Of a stretch of 64,000 nt of DNA, positions 36,306 to 45,177 are shown piece by piece. The first letter of the stretch is position 1. The number at the start of each line of letters is the position of its first letter. The notes under the pieces are model-generated. The model saw only the letters and a list, made by a program, of their open reading frames with translations. It made no database searches and had not been told where the DNA came from. Both the position numbers and the translations under genes were made by a program. The stretch is taken from the NCBI GenBank assembly GCA_050250875.1, contig JBFWNV010000009.1, positions 45,170 to 109,169 of the forward strand, written 5' to 3'. Source of the stretch: Vicinamibacterales bacterium. Its GTDB lineage: Bacteria; Acidobacteriota; Vicinamibacteria; Vicinamibacterales; UBA2999.

Positions 36306-37547
36306 TCACTGTCTGCTGATCGCCCATGTCACCCCCGGGTGCAGCAGCGCCGTGTCGGCGACGCCCGACGCCCCGACGACGTCGATCGTCGCCTTGTCGG
36401 TGACGTGGCGGCTCGACTCGTAGGCGCCGGCGATCTGCACCTTGAACCAGAGCGCGTAGAGGCCGGGGCTCAGCCACAGGGGTGGGAACCGCGCCCGGAT
36501 CGCATAGGTGCCCGCGGTCACCCCGGCGAGCCCGAGATCGGTGCTACTCTCGCGGATGATGAAGACCTCTCGGCCGAACATGTCGACCAGGTGGCAGTTG
36601 AGAGTGAAGCCGCTGGTCGCCTCGCCCAGGGTCAGCGTCGTGGCCGCCTCGAACTCCTTCGACTGCGAGATCGTCTCGGCGCCGTCGCAGTCGATGGTGA
36701 CGCGGCCGAAACCGACGCTGCGGTCGTCTCCAGGAGGGACCGCCTCGGACTCGAGCGATCCGATCAGCCGGTAATACGCCGCCATCGCCTCGCCGATGTC
36801 GCCGGTCGCGCGGACCTGGCCCCGCTCGAGGACGATGCCCTTGGTGCACATCGACCGAATTGCCCCCATGTTGTGGCTGACGAACAGCACCGTGCGGCCC
36901 TCCTTGGCGACGGTGCCCAGCTTGCCAAGGCATTTCTTCTGGAACGTCGCATCACCGACGGCGAGCACCTCGTCGACCAGCAGAATCTCCGGCTCGAGAT
37001 GCGCCGCCACGGCGAACGCCAGGCGAAGGTACATGCCGCTCGAGTAGCGCTTCACCGGCGTGTCGATGAACTGTTCGACCTCGGCGAACGCGACGATCTC
37101 GTCAAACTTGCGGTCGATCTCGGCCTTGCGCATGCCGAGGATGGCGCCGTTCAGAAAGATGTTCTCGCGGCCGGTCAGCTCGTTGTGGAAGCCGGTTCCG
37201 ACCTCGAGCAGCGAACCGACGCGTCCGTGCACCTCGGCGAACCCGCGGGTGGGCTCGGTGATCCTCGACAGCAGCTTGAGCAGCGTGCTCTTGCCGGCGC
37301 CGTTGCGGCCGATGATGCCGACGACGTCGCCGCGCTCGATCTCGAACGAGGCATCGTTCAGCGCCCAGACGAGCGGCGGCTGCCGTCGTGTCCGGTCGGC
37401 CGAACCGGGGCGGAACGCCGCCCGCACGGCGCGGAGCGGCGCCTTGCTCATCGATGAGATGCTGTCGCGCAGCGTGCGGTAGCGTTCGCGCTGGGCGCCG
37501 ATGACGTACTGCTTCGACAGTCCTTCTGCTCTGAGGGCAATCGCCAT
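36306..37547 (-). CDS. wzt: polysaccharide ABC exporter ATP-binding protein with C-terminal carbohydrate-binding-type extension (Wzt/TagH family)
   Basis: ATG 37547. Walker A 'GRNGAGKST', signature 'YSSGMYLRLAF' and Walker B 'ILLVDEVLAVGD'. About 150 extra C-terminal residues resemble the Wzt_C beta-sandwich. Confidence 0.9.
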   Translation of the reverse strand: MAIALRAEGLSKQYVIGAQRERYRTLRDSISSMSKAPLRAVRAAFRPGSADRTRRQPPLVWALNDASFEIERGDVVGIIGRNGAGKSTLLKLLSRITEPTRGFAEVHGRVGSLLEVGTGFHNELTGRENIFLNGAILGMRKAEIDRKFDEIVAFAEVEQFIDTPVKRYSSGMYLRLAFAVAAHLEPEILLVDEVLAVGDATFQKKCLGKLGTVAKEGRTVLFVSHNMGAIRSMCTKGIVLERGQVRATGDIGEAMAAYYRLIGSLESEAVPPGDDRSVGFGRVTIDCDGAETISQSKEFEAATTLTLGEATSGFTLNCHLVDMFGREVFIIRESSTDLGLAGVTAGTYAIRARFPPLWLSPGLYALWFKVQIAGAYESSRHVTDKATIDVVGASGVADTALLHPGVTWAISRQ

Positions 37548-37552
37548 ATCGT

Positions 37553-38710
37553 TCAATACGTCAGTCGTTTCTCGATCCGCAGGTCGATCTCGGTCAGGCG
37601 GTCGGCGATGCGTGGTCCGGCCTTGCCGTCGCCGTACAGCGCGCTCGTCGCGCAACGGCCGTTCTGGAGCTGTCGGTCGACGGCCGCGGCGATCTGTCCG
37701 CGGTCGTAGTCGACGTCGACGACGTTGTGGCCGCGATCGCGGCCGGCCTGTCTGGTGCCGATGTTGACGACCGGCACGCCGAGAAACGAGCATTCGCGGA
37801 TGCCGACGCTGGAGTTGCCGACGAGACAGCGGCTGTGGTGCAGCAGTTTCAGAAAGTCCAGCGGCGCCATGTTCTTGAAGAAATGGATGCGGCGCGGCTC
37901 GCGCGCCTCGCGGAACGTGCGGATTCCGCTCGAGGTGCCGTCCGCTCCGGCGTCGACGTTCGGCCAGAACCACAGCGCCGGCACCTCCAGGGCGTCGATG
38001 ACCTGCAGCGTCTCGGTGACGTGGTGCCGGGCAAGCTCGTACTCCGTCGTCACCGGGTGCTGCATGACGACGACGTAGCCGTTCGACAAGTCGAACACCG
38101 GGCCGACGCCGCCGTAGCGCGCGAAGATGTCGAAATCGAGGCGCGGGTCGGCGAGCATCTCGGCCGCGAGGTCGATCGACGGACAGCCGGTCACGAACAC
38201 CGACGACGGCTCTTCGCCCATCCGGACGACGCGCTCGGCCGCCTTGTCGGTGGACACCAGATGCACATCGGCCAGCTTCGTCACCGCGTGTCTGACCTTC
38301 TCGTCAATCGACCCGGTGATCTCGCCGCCTTGGATATGCGCCACGGGAATGTTCATGTAGGCGGCGGCGACCGCCGTCGACAAGGTCTCGTAACGGTCAG
38401 CGACCGTGACCACGACATCGGGCCGGAGATTGTCGAACACCGTCGCCAGTTCTAGCAGGCCGATGCCGGTGGTCTTGGCCATCGCGGTCGGCGTCTGTCC
38501 CTCGAGCACGCTGTAGACGCGGGCGGCGATGTCGAAGCCGTCGCGCTGCATGTAGTCGACGGCGCTGCCGTAGCGATCGAGCAGTGCCGACGCGGCGACG
38601 ACGAGTTGCAGCTCGAGCGCGGGGTTGTCGCGGATGGCCGCCAGGGCGGTCTTGACCCGCGAATAGCTCGGCCGGGCGGTGACGACGACGCAGACCTTGC
38701 GGCGGCTCAT
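37553..38710 (-). CDS. neuC: UDP-N-acetylglucosamine 2-epimerase (hydrolysing), NeuC/LegG-like
   Basis: ATG 38710 overlaps the neuB stop (ATGA). 'VCVVVTARPSYSR', 'VVTVADRYE', 'HIQGGEITGSIDEKVRHAVTKLADVH' and 'GNSSVGIRE'. Confidence 0.9.
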   Translation of the reverse strand: MSRRKVCVVVTARPSYSRVKTALAAIRDNPALELQLVVAASALLDRYGSAVDYMQRDGFDIAARVYSVLEGQTPTAMAKTTGIGLLELATVFDNLRPDVVVTVADRYETLSTAVAAAYMNIPVAHIQGGEITGSIDEKVRHAVTKLADVHLVSTDKAAERVVRMGEEPSSVFVTGCPSIDLAAEMLADPRLDFDIFARYGGVGPVFDLSNGYVVVMQHPVTTEYELARHHVTETLQVIDALEVPALWFWPNVDAGADGTSSGIRTFREAREPRRIHFFKNMAPLDFLKLLHHSRCLVGNSSVGIRECSFLGVPVVNIGTRQAGRDRGHNVVDVDYDRGQIAAAVDRQLQNGRCATSALYGDGKAGPRIADRLTEIDLRIEKRLTY

Positions 38711-39771
38711 CGGCGGGGCTCGAGGTCGCTGGTCTGAAGGATCGTGTCGGCCTCCAGCCGGTGCCGCAGCACCGAGCCGACCACCGTGCCGAGCTGTGCC
38801 GCGGGAATGCCGGTGCCGGGCTTCTTGACCGTCAGGTCCTCGAGGCGAAGGACCGCGCCTGCCTCGAGCGCGGTCTTGAGGACGACGCTCTTCGTGAAGA
38901 GGCGGCGCACCGGGTCGAGGGCGGCGGCGACGGTGTCCTTGTCGACCGGGCTGGCCATCGCCTGCCGGATGAAGCGGACGCCGTCGGCGAGTTGACGAAG
39001 CTCGGCGGTGGTCACCGACGCGGCGACGTCCGGTCCGAACATCTCGCGGCTGAGTGTCACGTGAACCTCGATGACGTCGGCGCCAAGCGTGGCGGCGGCG
39101 AGGCCGGGGAAGATGGTGCCGGAATGGTCGGAGAGGCCGACCGGGCAGCGATAGCGGCTGCGGAAGGCCGGCAGCAGATTGAGGCCGACGTTTTCGGGCC
39201 CACATGGGTACTCGGTCGTGCACTGCAGGACCGTGAGCGGGCACCCGTGAGCCGTGACGTGCCGGACGGCCTCGTCGACCTCCGCCAGGGGGCTCATGCC
39301 CGTGGACAGCAGGACCGGCAGACCGGTGGAGGCAACGCGATCGAGCAGCGGACGATTGCTGAGTTCGCCGGAGGCGACCTTCCAGGCGGCGACGCCGACC
39401 CGCCGCAGCAGTTCGAAGGCCTCGTCGGAGAAGGGCGAGCTCAGGAAGAACAGCCCGCGCTCGTCGGCATGGCGCCTCAGCCCCAGCCACTGCGACTCGG
39501 AGAACTCCATGCGACGCCAGTAGGCACGGCGATCGGCATCCTGGCGGCTGAACGGTGTGCGCCAGCCCTCTTGGGCCGTGCTCTCGGCAGCGGCGACGTG
39601 AGTCTGGAACTTCACCGCGTCGGCTCCGGCCGCCGCGATCGCGTCGATGAAGGCATGGGCCAGGCCGAGACTGCCGTCATGGGCCTGGGCGACCTCGCCG
39701 ATGAGCAGCGTCCGGGGGGCGGCGCCGGCGGCGCCGCCGAGGGCGACGAACACGTCAGACGATGTCGGCAA
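38707..39771 (-). CDS. neuB: N-acetylneuraminate (nonulosonate) synthase, NeuB family
   Basis: 'LIGEVAQAHDGSLGLAHAFIDAIAAAGADAVKFQTH' and 'LSDHSG', with a C-terminal SAF-like domain 'LRLEDLTVKKPGTGIP'. The track start is a TTG at 39771. GTG 39753, two nt beyond the wzm stop codon, is an alternative. Confidence 0.9.
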   Translation of the reverse strand: MPTSSDVFVALGGAAGAAPRTLLIGEVAQAHDGSLGLAHAFIDAIAAAGADAVKFQTHVAAAESTAQEGWRTPFSRQDADRRAYWRRMEFSESQWLGLRRHADERGLFFLSSPFSDEAFELLRRVGVAAWKVASGELSNRPLLDRVASTGLPVLLSTGMSPLAEVDEAVRHVTAHGCPLTVLQCTTEYPCGPENVGLNLLPAFRSRYRCPVGLSDHSGTIFPGLAAATLGADVIEVHVTLSREMFGPDVAASVTTAELRQLADGVRFIRQAMASPVDKDTVAAALDPVRRLFTKSVVLKTALEAGAVLRLEDLTVKKPGTGIPAAQLGTVVGSVLRHRLEADTILQTSDLEPRR

Positions 39772-40633
39772 ACGCCTTCTCCATGCGCCGGAAGTAGTAC
39801 GCGCCGCCGAGCAGCATGAGCAACGCGGCGAACGCCGACAGCGCGATCATGCCGCCCGGCGCTGTATCGGTGCCGAGCAGAGCCCAGCGCACGCCTTCGA
39901 CGACGCCCGCCATCGGATTCAGTCCGTAGACGGTTCGCCAGGGCTCCTCCAGCAGACTGCTCGGATAAGCGATCGGCGTCGCAAACAGCCAGAACTGGGT
40001 GATGAACGGCACGACGTAGCGCACGTCGCGGAAGCGGACGTTGAGCGCTGAGAGCCACAGGCCGACCCCGAGCGCCGTGGCGATTGCCAGCAGCAGCAGT
40101 CCGGGCAGCCACACGACATTGACGGTCGGCGCGATGCCATAGAACGCCATCATGCCCAGCAGGATGAGGAAGGCGAGAAGGAAGTCGACGGCGCCGCCGA
40201 GAACGCTGGCCGCTGGAATCAACAAGCGAGGAAAGTAGACCTTCTGGATCAGATTGGCGCTGCCGACCAGACTGTTCGACGACTGGCTCAGTCCATTGGC
40301 GAAGAACGTCCAGGGCACCAGCGCTGCGAAGCTGAACAGCGGATAGGGGATGCCGTCCGACGGAATGGCCGACAGCCGGCCGAAGACCACGCTGAAGACC
40401 GCCATCGTCATCACCGGCTGGATGATGGCCCAGCTGGCGCCCAGGGCGGTCTGCTTGTAGCGGACGACCACATCCCGCCAAGTCAGAAAATAGGCCAGTT
40501 CACGATAGCGCCAGACCTCGGCGAGGTCCAGTGACACCCAGCCGGAGGAACGCTCGATGCGCGTGATCGGCAGCGGCTGTTCTTCGTGCTCGGCGAGTGC
40601 GGTCGGTGGTGCGGTCTGTTCGGTGACGGGCAT
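39755..40633 (-). CDS. wzm: ABC-2 type polysaccharide exporter permease (Wzm/KpsM/TagG family)
   Basis: ATG 40633. 'WRYRELAYFLTWRDVVVRYKQTALGASWAIIQPV' is the canonical N-terminal motif. Six hydrophobic segments are apparent. Confidence 0.85.
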   Translation of the reverse strand: MPVTEQTAPPTALAEHEEQPLPITRIERSSGWVSLDLAEVWRYRELAYFLTWRDVVVRYKQTALGASWAIIQPVMTMAVFSVVFGRLSAIPSDGIPYPLFSFAALVPWTFFANGLSQSSNSLVGSANLIQKVYFPRLLIPAASVLGGAVDFLLAFLILLGMMAFYGIAPTVNVVWLPGLLLLAIATALGVGLWLSALNVRFRDVRYVVPFITQFWLFATPIAYPSSLLEEPWRTVYGLNPMAGVVEGVRWALLGTDTAPGGMIALSAFAALLMLLGGAYYFRRMEKAFADIV

Positions 40634-40722
40634 GATCAGGTGTGCGGAATCGGGAACGGGCGCCGGCGGATGCCGGCGGCTCAGCGGGGCTGCAGGCGGC
40701 GGGGCGCCGGGCCCCGCCGGCA

Positions 40723-43014
40723 TCAGTCGAAGGCCGCTTCCTTCGCCGCGGCGGCCGCGGCCTTGGACATCGGCGCCGTGTAGTAGTCGCCGTATTTCTT
40801 GGAGTAATGGTCGCCGTAGTAGAACGCGTTGCGCTTGAAGTTCACCCCGTTCAGGACCGCGCCGACGAAGCGGGCGTTGGCGCCGTCGAGAAGATTGAGC
40901 GCGTTGGCCGCCGCGGGCGCCTTGGTCTTGTCTGCGGCGACGACGAACAGCACGCCGGCCGTGACGTGGGCGAGCAGCGGGGCGTCGGTCACCGCCATCA
41001 CCGGCGGCGAGTCGACGATGACCCAGTCGAACGCATCGGGCAGCGCGGTGATGAACCCCCGACACTGCTCGGAGCTGAGCAGGTCGGAAGGATTGGCCGG
41101 CGTCGCTCCGGCCGGGACCAGCCACAGGTTCGGCACCGAGGTGCCGACCGCGCACTGTGCCCCGGTCCACCCGCTGCCGAGTGCCTCGGACAGGCCCGGT
41201 CCCTGGGACTGGCCGAAGACCGCGTGCACGCGAGGCTTGCGCATGTCGGCGTCGACGATGAGCACGCGCCGGCCGGTCTGGGCCAGCGAGATGGCGAGAT
41301 TGCAGGCGACCGTGGTCTTCCCCTCGCCCGGTCCGGTGCTCGTCACCAGAATCGTGCGGACGGCCTCGTCAGCCGACGAGAACAGCACGTTGGTGCGCAC
41401 CGCGCGGAATGCTTCCTGGAAGACCGCGGGGAGACGACGGTCGGACAGCAGAGGCGACGCGTGGGCGCGGCGTCCGGTCAGCCTCGGCACCAGGCCCAGG
41501 CAGGGCAGACCGAGCGCGCTCTTGACCTCCTCGGGGGTCGTCAGCGCCCGATCCATGTAATCGCGGAAGAACGCCACGGCCAGGGCCAGCAGCGAGCCGC
41601 CGAAGAGCGCCATCAGCAGGTTGCGACGGACGTTCGGGCTCACGGCAGACTGCGGCACCGACGCGCGGTCGACGACGCGGATGTTGGAGGCGACGAGCCC
41701 GGTCGTGACGCCCGTCTCTTTGGCCCGCTGCAGCAGGGTGGAGAAGATCTCCTGATCGGTGGCGGCCGCGCGGGCGAGATCTTCGAATTCCGCCCGTCGG
41801 CCGGCCGAGGCCATCGACTCGCGCCGCTGGGCCTCGACGGCCTGGACCAGCCGCTGTTCCTGCTCCAGGGCGGCCTCGTAGTCGGTCTGGACCCGCTCGA
41901 CGGCGGTGTCCAGTTCGGCCTTCAGCCGGGCCGCGGTGGCTTCGATGGCGACGCGCAGCTTGGCGCGATCGGGATGTCGGTCGCCGAACCGCGGCGCCAG
42001 CTGCAGGTCCTGCTGTCTCAGCTCGTCGAGTTCGCGCCTGAGTCCCTGCACCGCGACGTTGGCCTGCACGAACTGCAGGCTCTCGAGGCCGGCCTGATCG
42101 CTCTGCAGGGCCCGGACCTGCGTATGGAGCGTTTCCTTCTGGATGCGATCGGTGCGCGCGGCCATGAGGCTGGCATTGAGACTCTCGAGCCGCCGCAGCC
42201 CGAGGTCGGCGCCTTCGGTCGACGCGTCGGGCCGTTGCTCGCGATAGCGCTGCAGGGTCGTCTGGCTGGCCTGCAACTGCTTGCGGTGCTCATCGAGCTG
42301 GCCGGCCAGCCAGTCGGCGGCCTCCTTGGCGATCGTGGACTTGAACTCACGGTTCTGATCGACATAGGCGTCGGTCAGCGCGTTGGCGACGGCGGCCGCC
42401 AGCTTCGGGTCGGGGGCCCGGAACGAGACGTCGACGAGGCGGCTGGCGCCGGCCTGACTCACGGTCAGGCGGCGGAGCAGGTGGTCGATCGCCGTGGCGT
42501 GTTCGGGTGTCTCCTTGTAGCCGAGGGCCTCGTCGGGATCGGGCCCTTCGGGCTGCTCCAGGCCGCCGCGCACGTAGTTCGGGGACTTGGAGATCTTGGC
42601 CGGCAGCGCCGCCACCCACTCGACGACGGCGTTCCACCGCGCCTCGAGCGCCGACGGCGGCTCGACCTCGCCGCCGCCGAACGCCGGGTGCTGCCACAGC
42701 TGGAGCGCCTCCAAGGTGCGCCTGGCCAGTGTCCGGCTCTCGAGGATTCGCCGTTGGGTCTCCTGGTACTGCTGCGATTCGTTGGTCGGATCCGATTGCT
42801 CGTCGGTCTCGAAGACGACCACCTTCGGGCGCTCGACTTCGATCATCAGCTGCGCCCGCGCTTCGTAGAGCGGTTCGGTGCGCGCCGTGACGACGGCGAC
42901 GACGCCGACGACGAGGGCCAGCGTCGTCAGGGCGATCCACCGCCGCTTCGAGAGGACGCGCAGGTAGTGCAGCAGGTGAGGGGACGCAGGCGGCGGCGCC
43001 GTCGTGCGCGTCAT
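40723..43014 (-). CDS. wzc: polysaccharide co-polymerase / tyrosine autokinase (Wzc, GumC-EpsG fused type)
   Basis: ATG 43014. An N-terminal Wzz-type domain with a TM segment is followed by a long coiled coil and a second TM segment. Walker A is 'STGPGEGKTTVACNLA', then 'VLIVDADMRKP' and 'VIVDSPP'. The tail 'YYYGDHYSKKYGDYY' is Tyr-rich. Confidence 0.9.
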   Translation of the reverse strand: MTRTTAPPPASPHLLHYLRVLSKRRWIALTTLALVVGVVAVVTARTEPLYEARAQLMIEVERPKVVVFETDEQSDPTNESQQYQETQRRILESRTLARRTLEALQLWQHPAFGGGEVEPPSALEARWNAVVEWVAALPAKISKSPNYVRGGLEQPEGPDPDEALGYKETPEHATAIDHLLRRLTVSQAGASRLVDVSFRAPDPKLAAAVANALTDAYVDQNREFKSTIAKEAADWLAGQLDEHRKQLQASQTTLQRYREQRPDASTEGADLGLRRLESLNASLMAARTDRIQKETLHTQVRALQSDQAGLESLQFVQANVAVQGLRRELDELRQQDLQLAPRFGDRHPDRAKLRVAIEATAARLKAELDTAVERVQTDYEAALEQEQRLVQAVEAQRRESMASAGRRAEFEDLARAAATDQEIFSTLLQRAKETGVTTGLVASNIRVVDRASVPQSAVSPNVRRNLLMALFGGSLLALAVAFFRDYMDRALTTPEEVKSALGLPCLGLVPRLTGRRAHASPLLSDRRLPAVFQEAFRAVRTNVLFSSADEAVRTILVTSTGPGEGKTTVACNLAISLAQTGRRVLIVDADMRKPRVHAVFGQSQGPGLSEALGSGWTGAQCAVGTSVPNLWLVPAGATPANPSDLLSSEQCRGFITALPDAFDWVIVDSPPVMAVTDAPLLAHVTAGVLFVVAADKTKAPAAANALNLLDGANARFVGAVLNGVNFKRNAFYYGDHYSKKYGDYYTAPMSKAAAAAAKEAAFD

Positions 43015-43048
43015 GGCTGTTCCTCCAGCGGGCGGCTCGGAACCGGCA

Positions 43049-43933
43049 TCAGTAGAACCGCTGCGGGACGACAATCGTGTCGCCGGGCAGGACCTCGTCG
43101 GTCAGCTTCACCTTGAATTCCTTCTTCTTGCCGTCGACGATCCTCACGATGCGCACCCGGTTCATGGCGCCGCGCTCGGTGATGCCGCCGGCCAGGGACA
43201 GCGCCTGCATGACGGTCGTGCCGCGCCGGGCGACGTACTGCCCCGGATTCCTGACATGGCCGAAGACGAAGAAGTTCTCGGCCCGCGGCACGAAGATCGT
43301 GTCGCCGTTCTGCAGGGCGACGTTCTTCGTGAGATCGCCGCGCTGCAGGCTGGCCAGATCGACGCGGATCATCTCGGCGTCGGCGGCCTCGGTCGGCAAG
43401 ACTGCGTGCGCGCGGGGACCGGCGTCGGCCGGACGGACGATCACCACTTCGCTGGCGGCCTCGGCGGTCGGCGAGCCGGCCTGCGCCAGCGCTTCGATGA
43501 GCGTCGTCTCGCCGCGGAGGGGGTAGCTGCCGGCCGAGCGGACCTCGCCGATGATGAAGACGCGCTGGCTGACGTACGCGTCCACGACGATCGTGACCTG
43601 CGGTTCCGTGAAGATGCGCTCGTCGCGCAGCCGCCTGGTCATCTCGGCCTCGACGTCGTCGGCGGTGCGTCCGGTGGCCTGGAACTTGCCGACGATCGGG
43701 AAGGTGAAACCGCCGTCAGGTTCGATCGTGAACTTGCCGGACAGGTCGAGCTGATCCCAGACGGTGATGGCCAGGACGTCGCCCGGGCCGAGGACGTAGT
43801 CGCGTCCCTGCGCGGCCGCGGGCGAGCCGGCGCCGAGCACGAGCGCGGCGAGCGCGCCGAGGCCGAGCGCCGCCGCGAGCCGGCTCGGGCCGGGCGGGGG
43901 CGGCGCCGGGCGGTTGGTGATGCTGGAGCTCAT
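43049..43933 (-). CDS. periplasmic/outer-membrane polysaccharide export protein (Wza/GumB/EpsE family)
   Basis: Signal peptide present. The Poly_export motif reads 'YVLGPGDVLAITVWDQLDLSGKFTIEPDGGFTFPIVGKFQATGRT', and an SLBB-like domain reads 'GDTIFVP'. Confidence 0.85.
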   Translation of the reverse strand: MSSSITNRPAPPPPGPSRLAAALGLGALAALVLGAGSPAAAQGRDYVLGPGDVLAITVWDQLDLSGKFTIEPDGGFTFPIVGKFQATGRTADDVEAEMTRRLRDERIFTEPQVTIVVDAYVSQRVFIIGEVRSAGSYPLRGETTLIEALAQAGSPTAEAASEVVIVRPADAGPRAHAVLPTEAADAEMIRVDLASLQRGDLTKNVALQNGDTIFVPRAENFFVFGHVRNPGQYVARRGTTVMQALSLAGGITERGAMNRVRIVRIVDGKKKEFKVKLTDEVLPGDTIVVPQRFY

Positions 43934-43946
43934 CGGTAGTCCGTCC

Positions 43947-45173
43947 TCAGTTCAAGGCGTAACTGATCGAGCCCAGGATACGCAAGTTGTCGTACCGGCC
44001 GAGCGGCAGTACCGACTGCCGGTTGATCGACTCGGCGCGCACGCCCAGCCGCAGTCCCTGCGTGAAGTAGAAGCCGATGCCGCCGCCGAAGGTGTCGATC
44101 GTGTCGGCCCGGTCGACGACCGCGCCACCGTCGATGGGCAGCTGGAACTGGCCGAAATCGAGGCGCTGCCGCCGCGCGCTGGCCGTGACGTCCCAGCGTT
44201 CGGTGACCCGATGCGTGATCGTTCCGGTGAAGGCGGTCTGCAGGGAATAGGACGAGCCCATGTCGATGGTCGGCATCACGTCGCGGCTCACCGCCAGGTG
44301 GAGCCGCGTCAGGCCGAGAAATACGTAGCCGACGTCGATGTTGGCCACCACGCCGGTGAACGCTCTCAGTGCGTCGTTCTTCGGCGTGAACGACATCCAG
44401 CCGACGGCGACGCCGCCGGTGACCACGGCGTCGGCGGCGAAGGTGAGTCCGGGGACGATGCGCAGGCTGTCGCTGTCCTGCCGCGGGCTGAAGCGGAACC
44501 GCTCCTCGCGGCTGGATACCGTGACGGACAGGGTCGTCGGCGGGGTCAAGGCGTAGCGAAGCGTCCCCTGGTAGCCGCGCGTCCGGCGGTCGAGCGCGGT
44601 CTGGAGACTGCTGCCCGCGAAGGTCGCATCATCGTCGAATCGGATGCGATTGTCGGAGACGGCGAGGTCGAGGTGCGTGCTGTCGCTGAGCCGGACGTCG
44701 AGTCCGGCCGTCAGCGGCTCACTGCGGTTCACCGCCCGAGTGTCGATCCGGCCGTCGGTGCGATCGTTGGTCCTGATGAAGGACGCCTCGGCATACGGCG
44801 TCACCCAGAACAGATCGAGTGCGGCCCGGAGGCGGCTGTTGGTGTTGACGGCGCGCTCGGTGGCGTACCGCTTGAAGTAGACCAGGTTGAACTGCTGGCG
44901 CCCGTCGAGCCGCAGCCGCCCGAAACGCAGCCACACGTCGACCGCCGGCTGGACCACGGCGGTGAAGTCATCGCGAGGATTCTCGCTTTCGTTGAACACG
45001 TTGGAGTCGAGGCCGAAGGTCGGGATCGACAGATCCGGCGTGAACGACAGGGCTCCCACCCGAACCATGGCGGTTTCCGCCGGGTCGGCGGTCTGGGCGC
45101 CGGCCGTCGCCGCCGCCACAGCGAAGTACGCGGTGGCGAGCAGGCGTCGAATCGTCTCGGCGCGGCCGGGCAT
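43947..45173 (-). CDS. predicted outer-membrane beta-barrel protein accompanying the Wza/Wzc pair
   Basis: ATG 45173. The signal is 'LLATAYFAVAAATAGAQTA'. Amphipathic strands rich in Y/F/R/D/N alternate throughout. No catalytic motif was found. Confidence 0.6.
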   Translation of the reverse strand: MPGRAETIRRLLATAYFAVAAATAGAQTADPAETAMVRVGALSFTPDLSIPTFGLDSNVFNESENPRDDFTAVVQPAVDVWLRFGRLRLDGRQQFNLVYFKRYATERAVNTNSRLRAALDLFWVTPYAEASFIRTNDRTDGRIDTRAVNRSEPLTAGLDVRLSDSTHLDLAVSDNRIRFDDDATFAGSSLQTALDRRTRGYQGTLRYALTPPTTLSVTVSSREERFRFSPRQDSDSLRIVPGLTFAADAVVTGGVAVGWMSFTPKNDALRAFTGVVANIDVGYVFLGLTRLHLAVSRDVMPTIDMGSSYSLQTAFTGTITHRVTERWDVTASARRQRLDFGQFQLPIDGGAVVDRADTIDTFGGGIGFYFTQGLRLGVRAESINRQSVLPLGRYDNLRILGSISYALN

Positions 45174-45177
45174 CGCG

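Noticed and set aside
33441-39490. The long N-terminal extensions of track ORFs 31978..34668, 33441..35576, 36306..37973 and 37553..39490, which would imply large gene overlaps or fusion proteins.
   Set aside because: The extensions are Arg/Pro-rich and overlap the 3' parts of the well-supported upstream genes. In-frame ATG/GTG codons right after the upstream stops give proteins of normal family length.
40642-43116. An 824-aa plus-strand ORF opposite the Wzc-like gene.
   Set aside because: It is a shadow ORF. The minus strand encodes Walker motifs, a coiled coil and a Tyr-rich tail.
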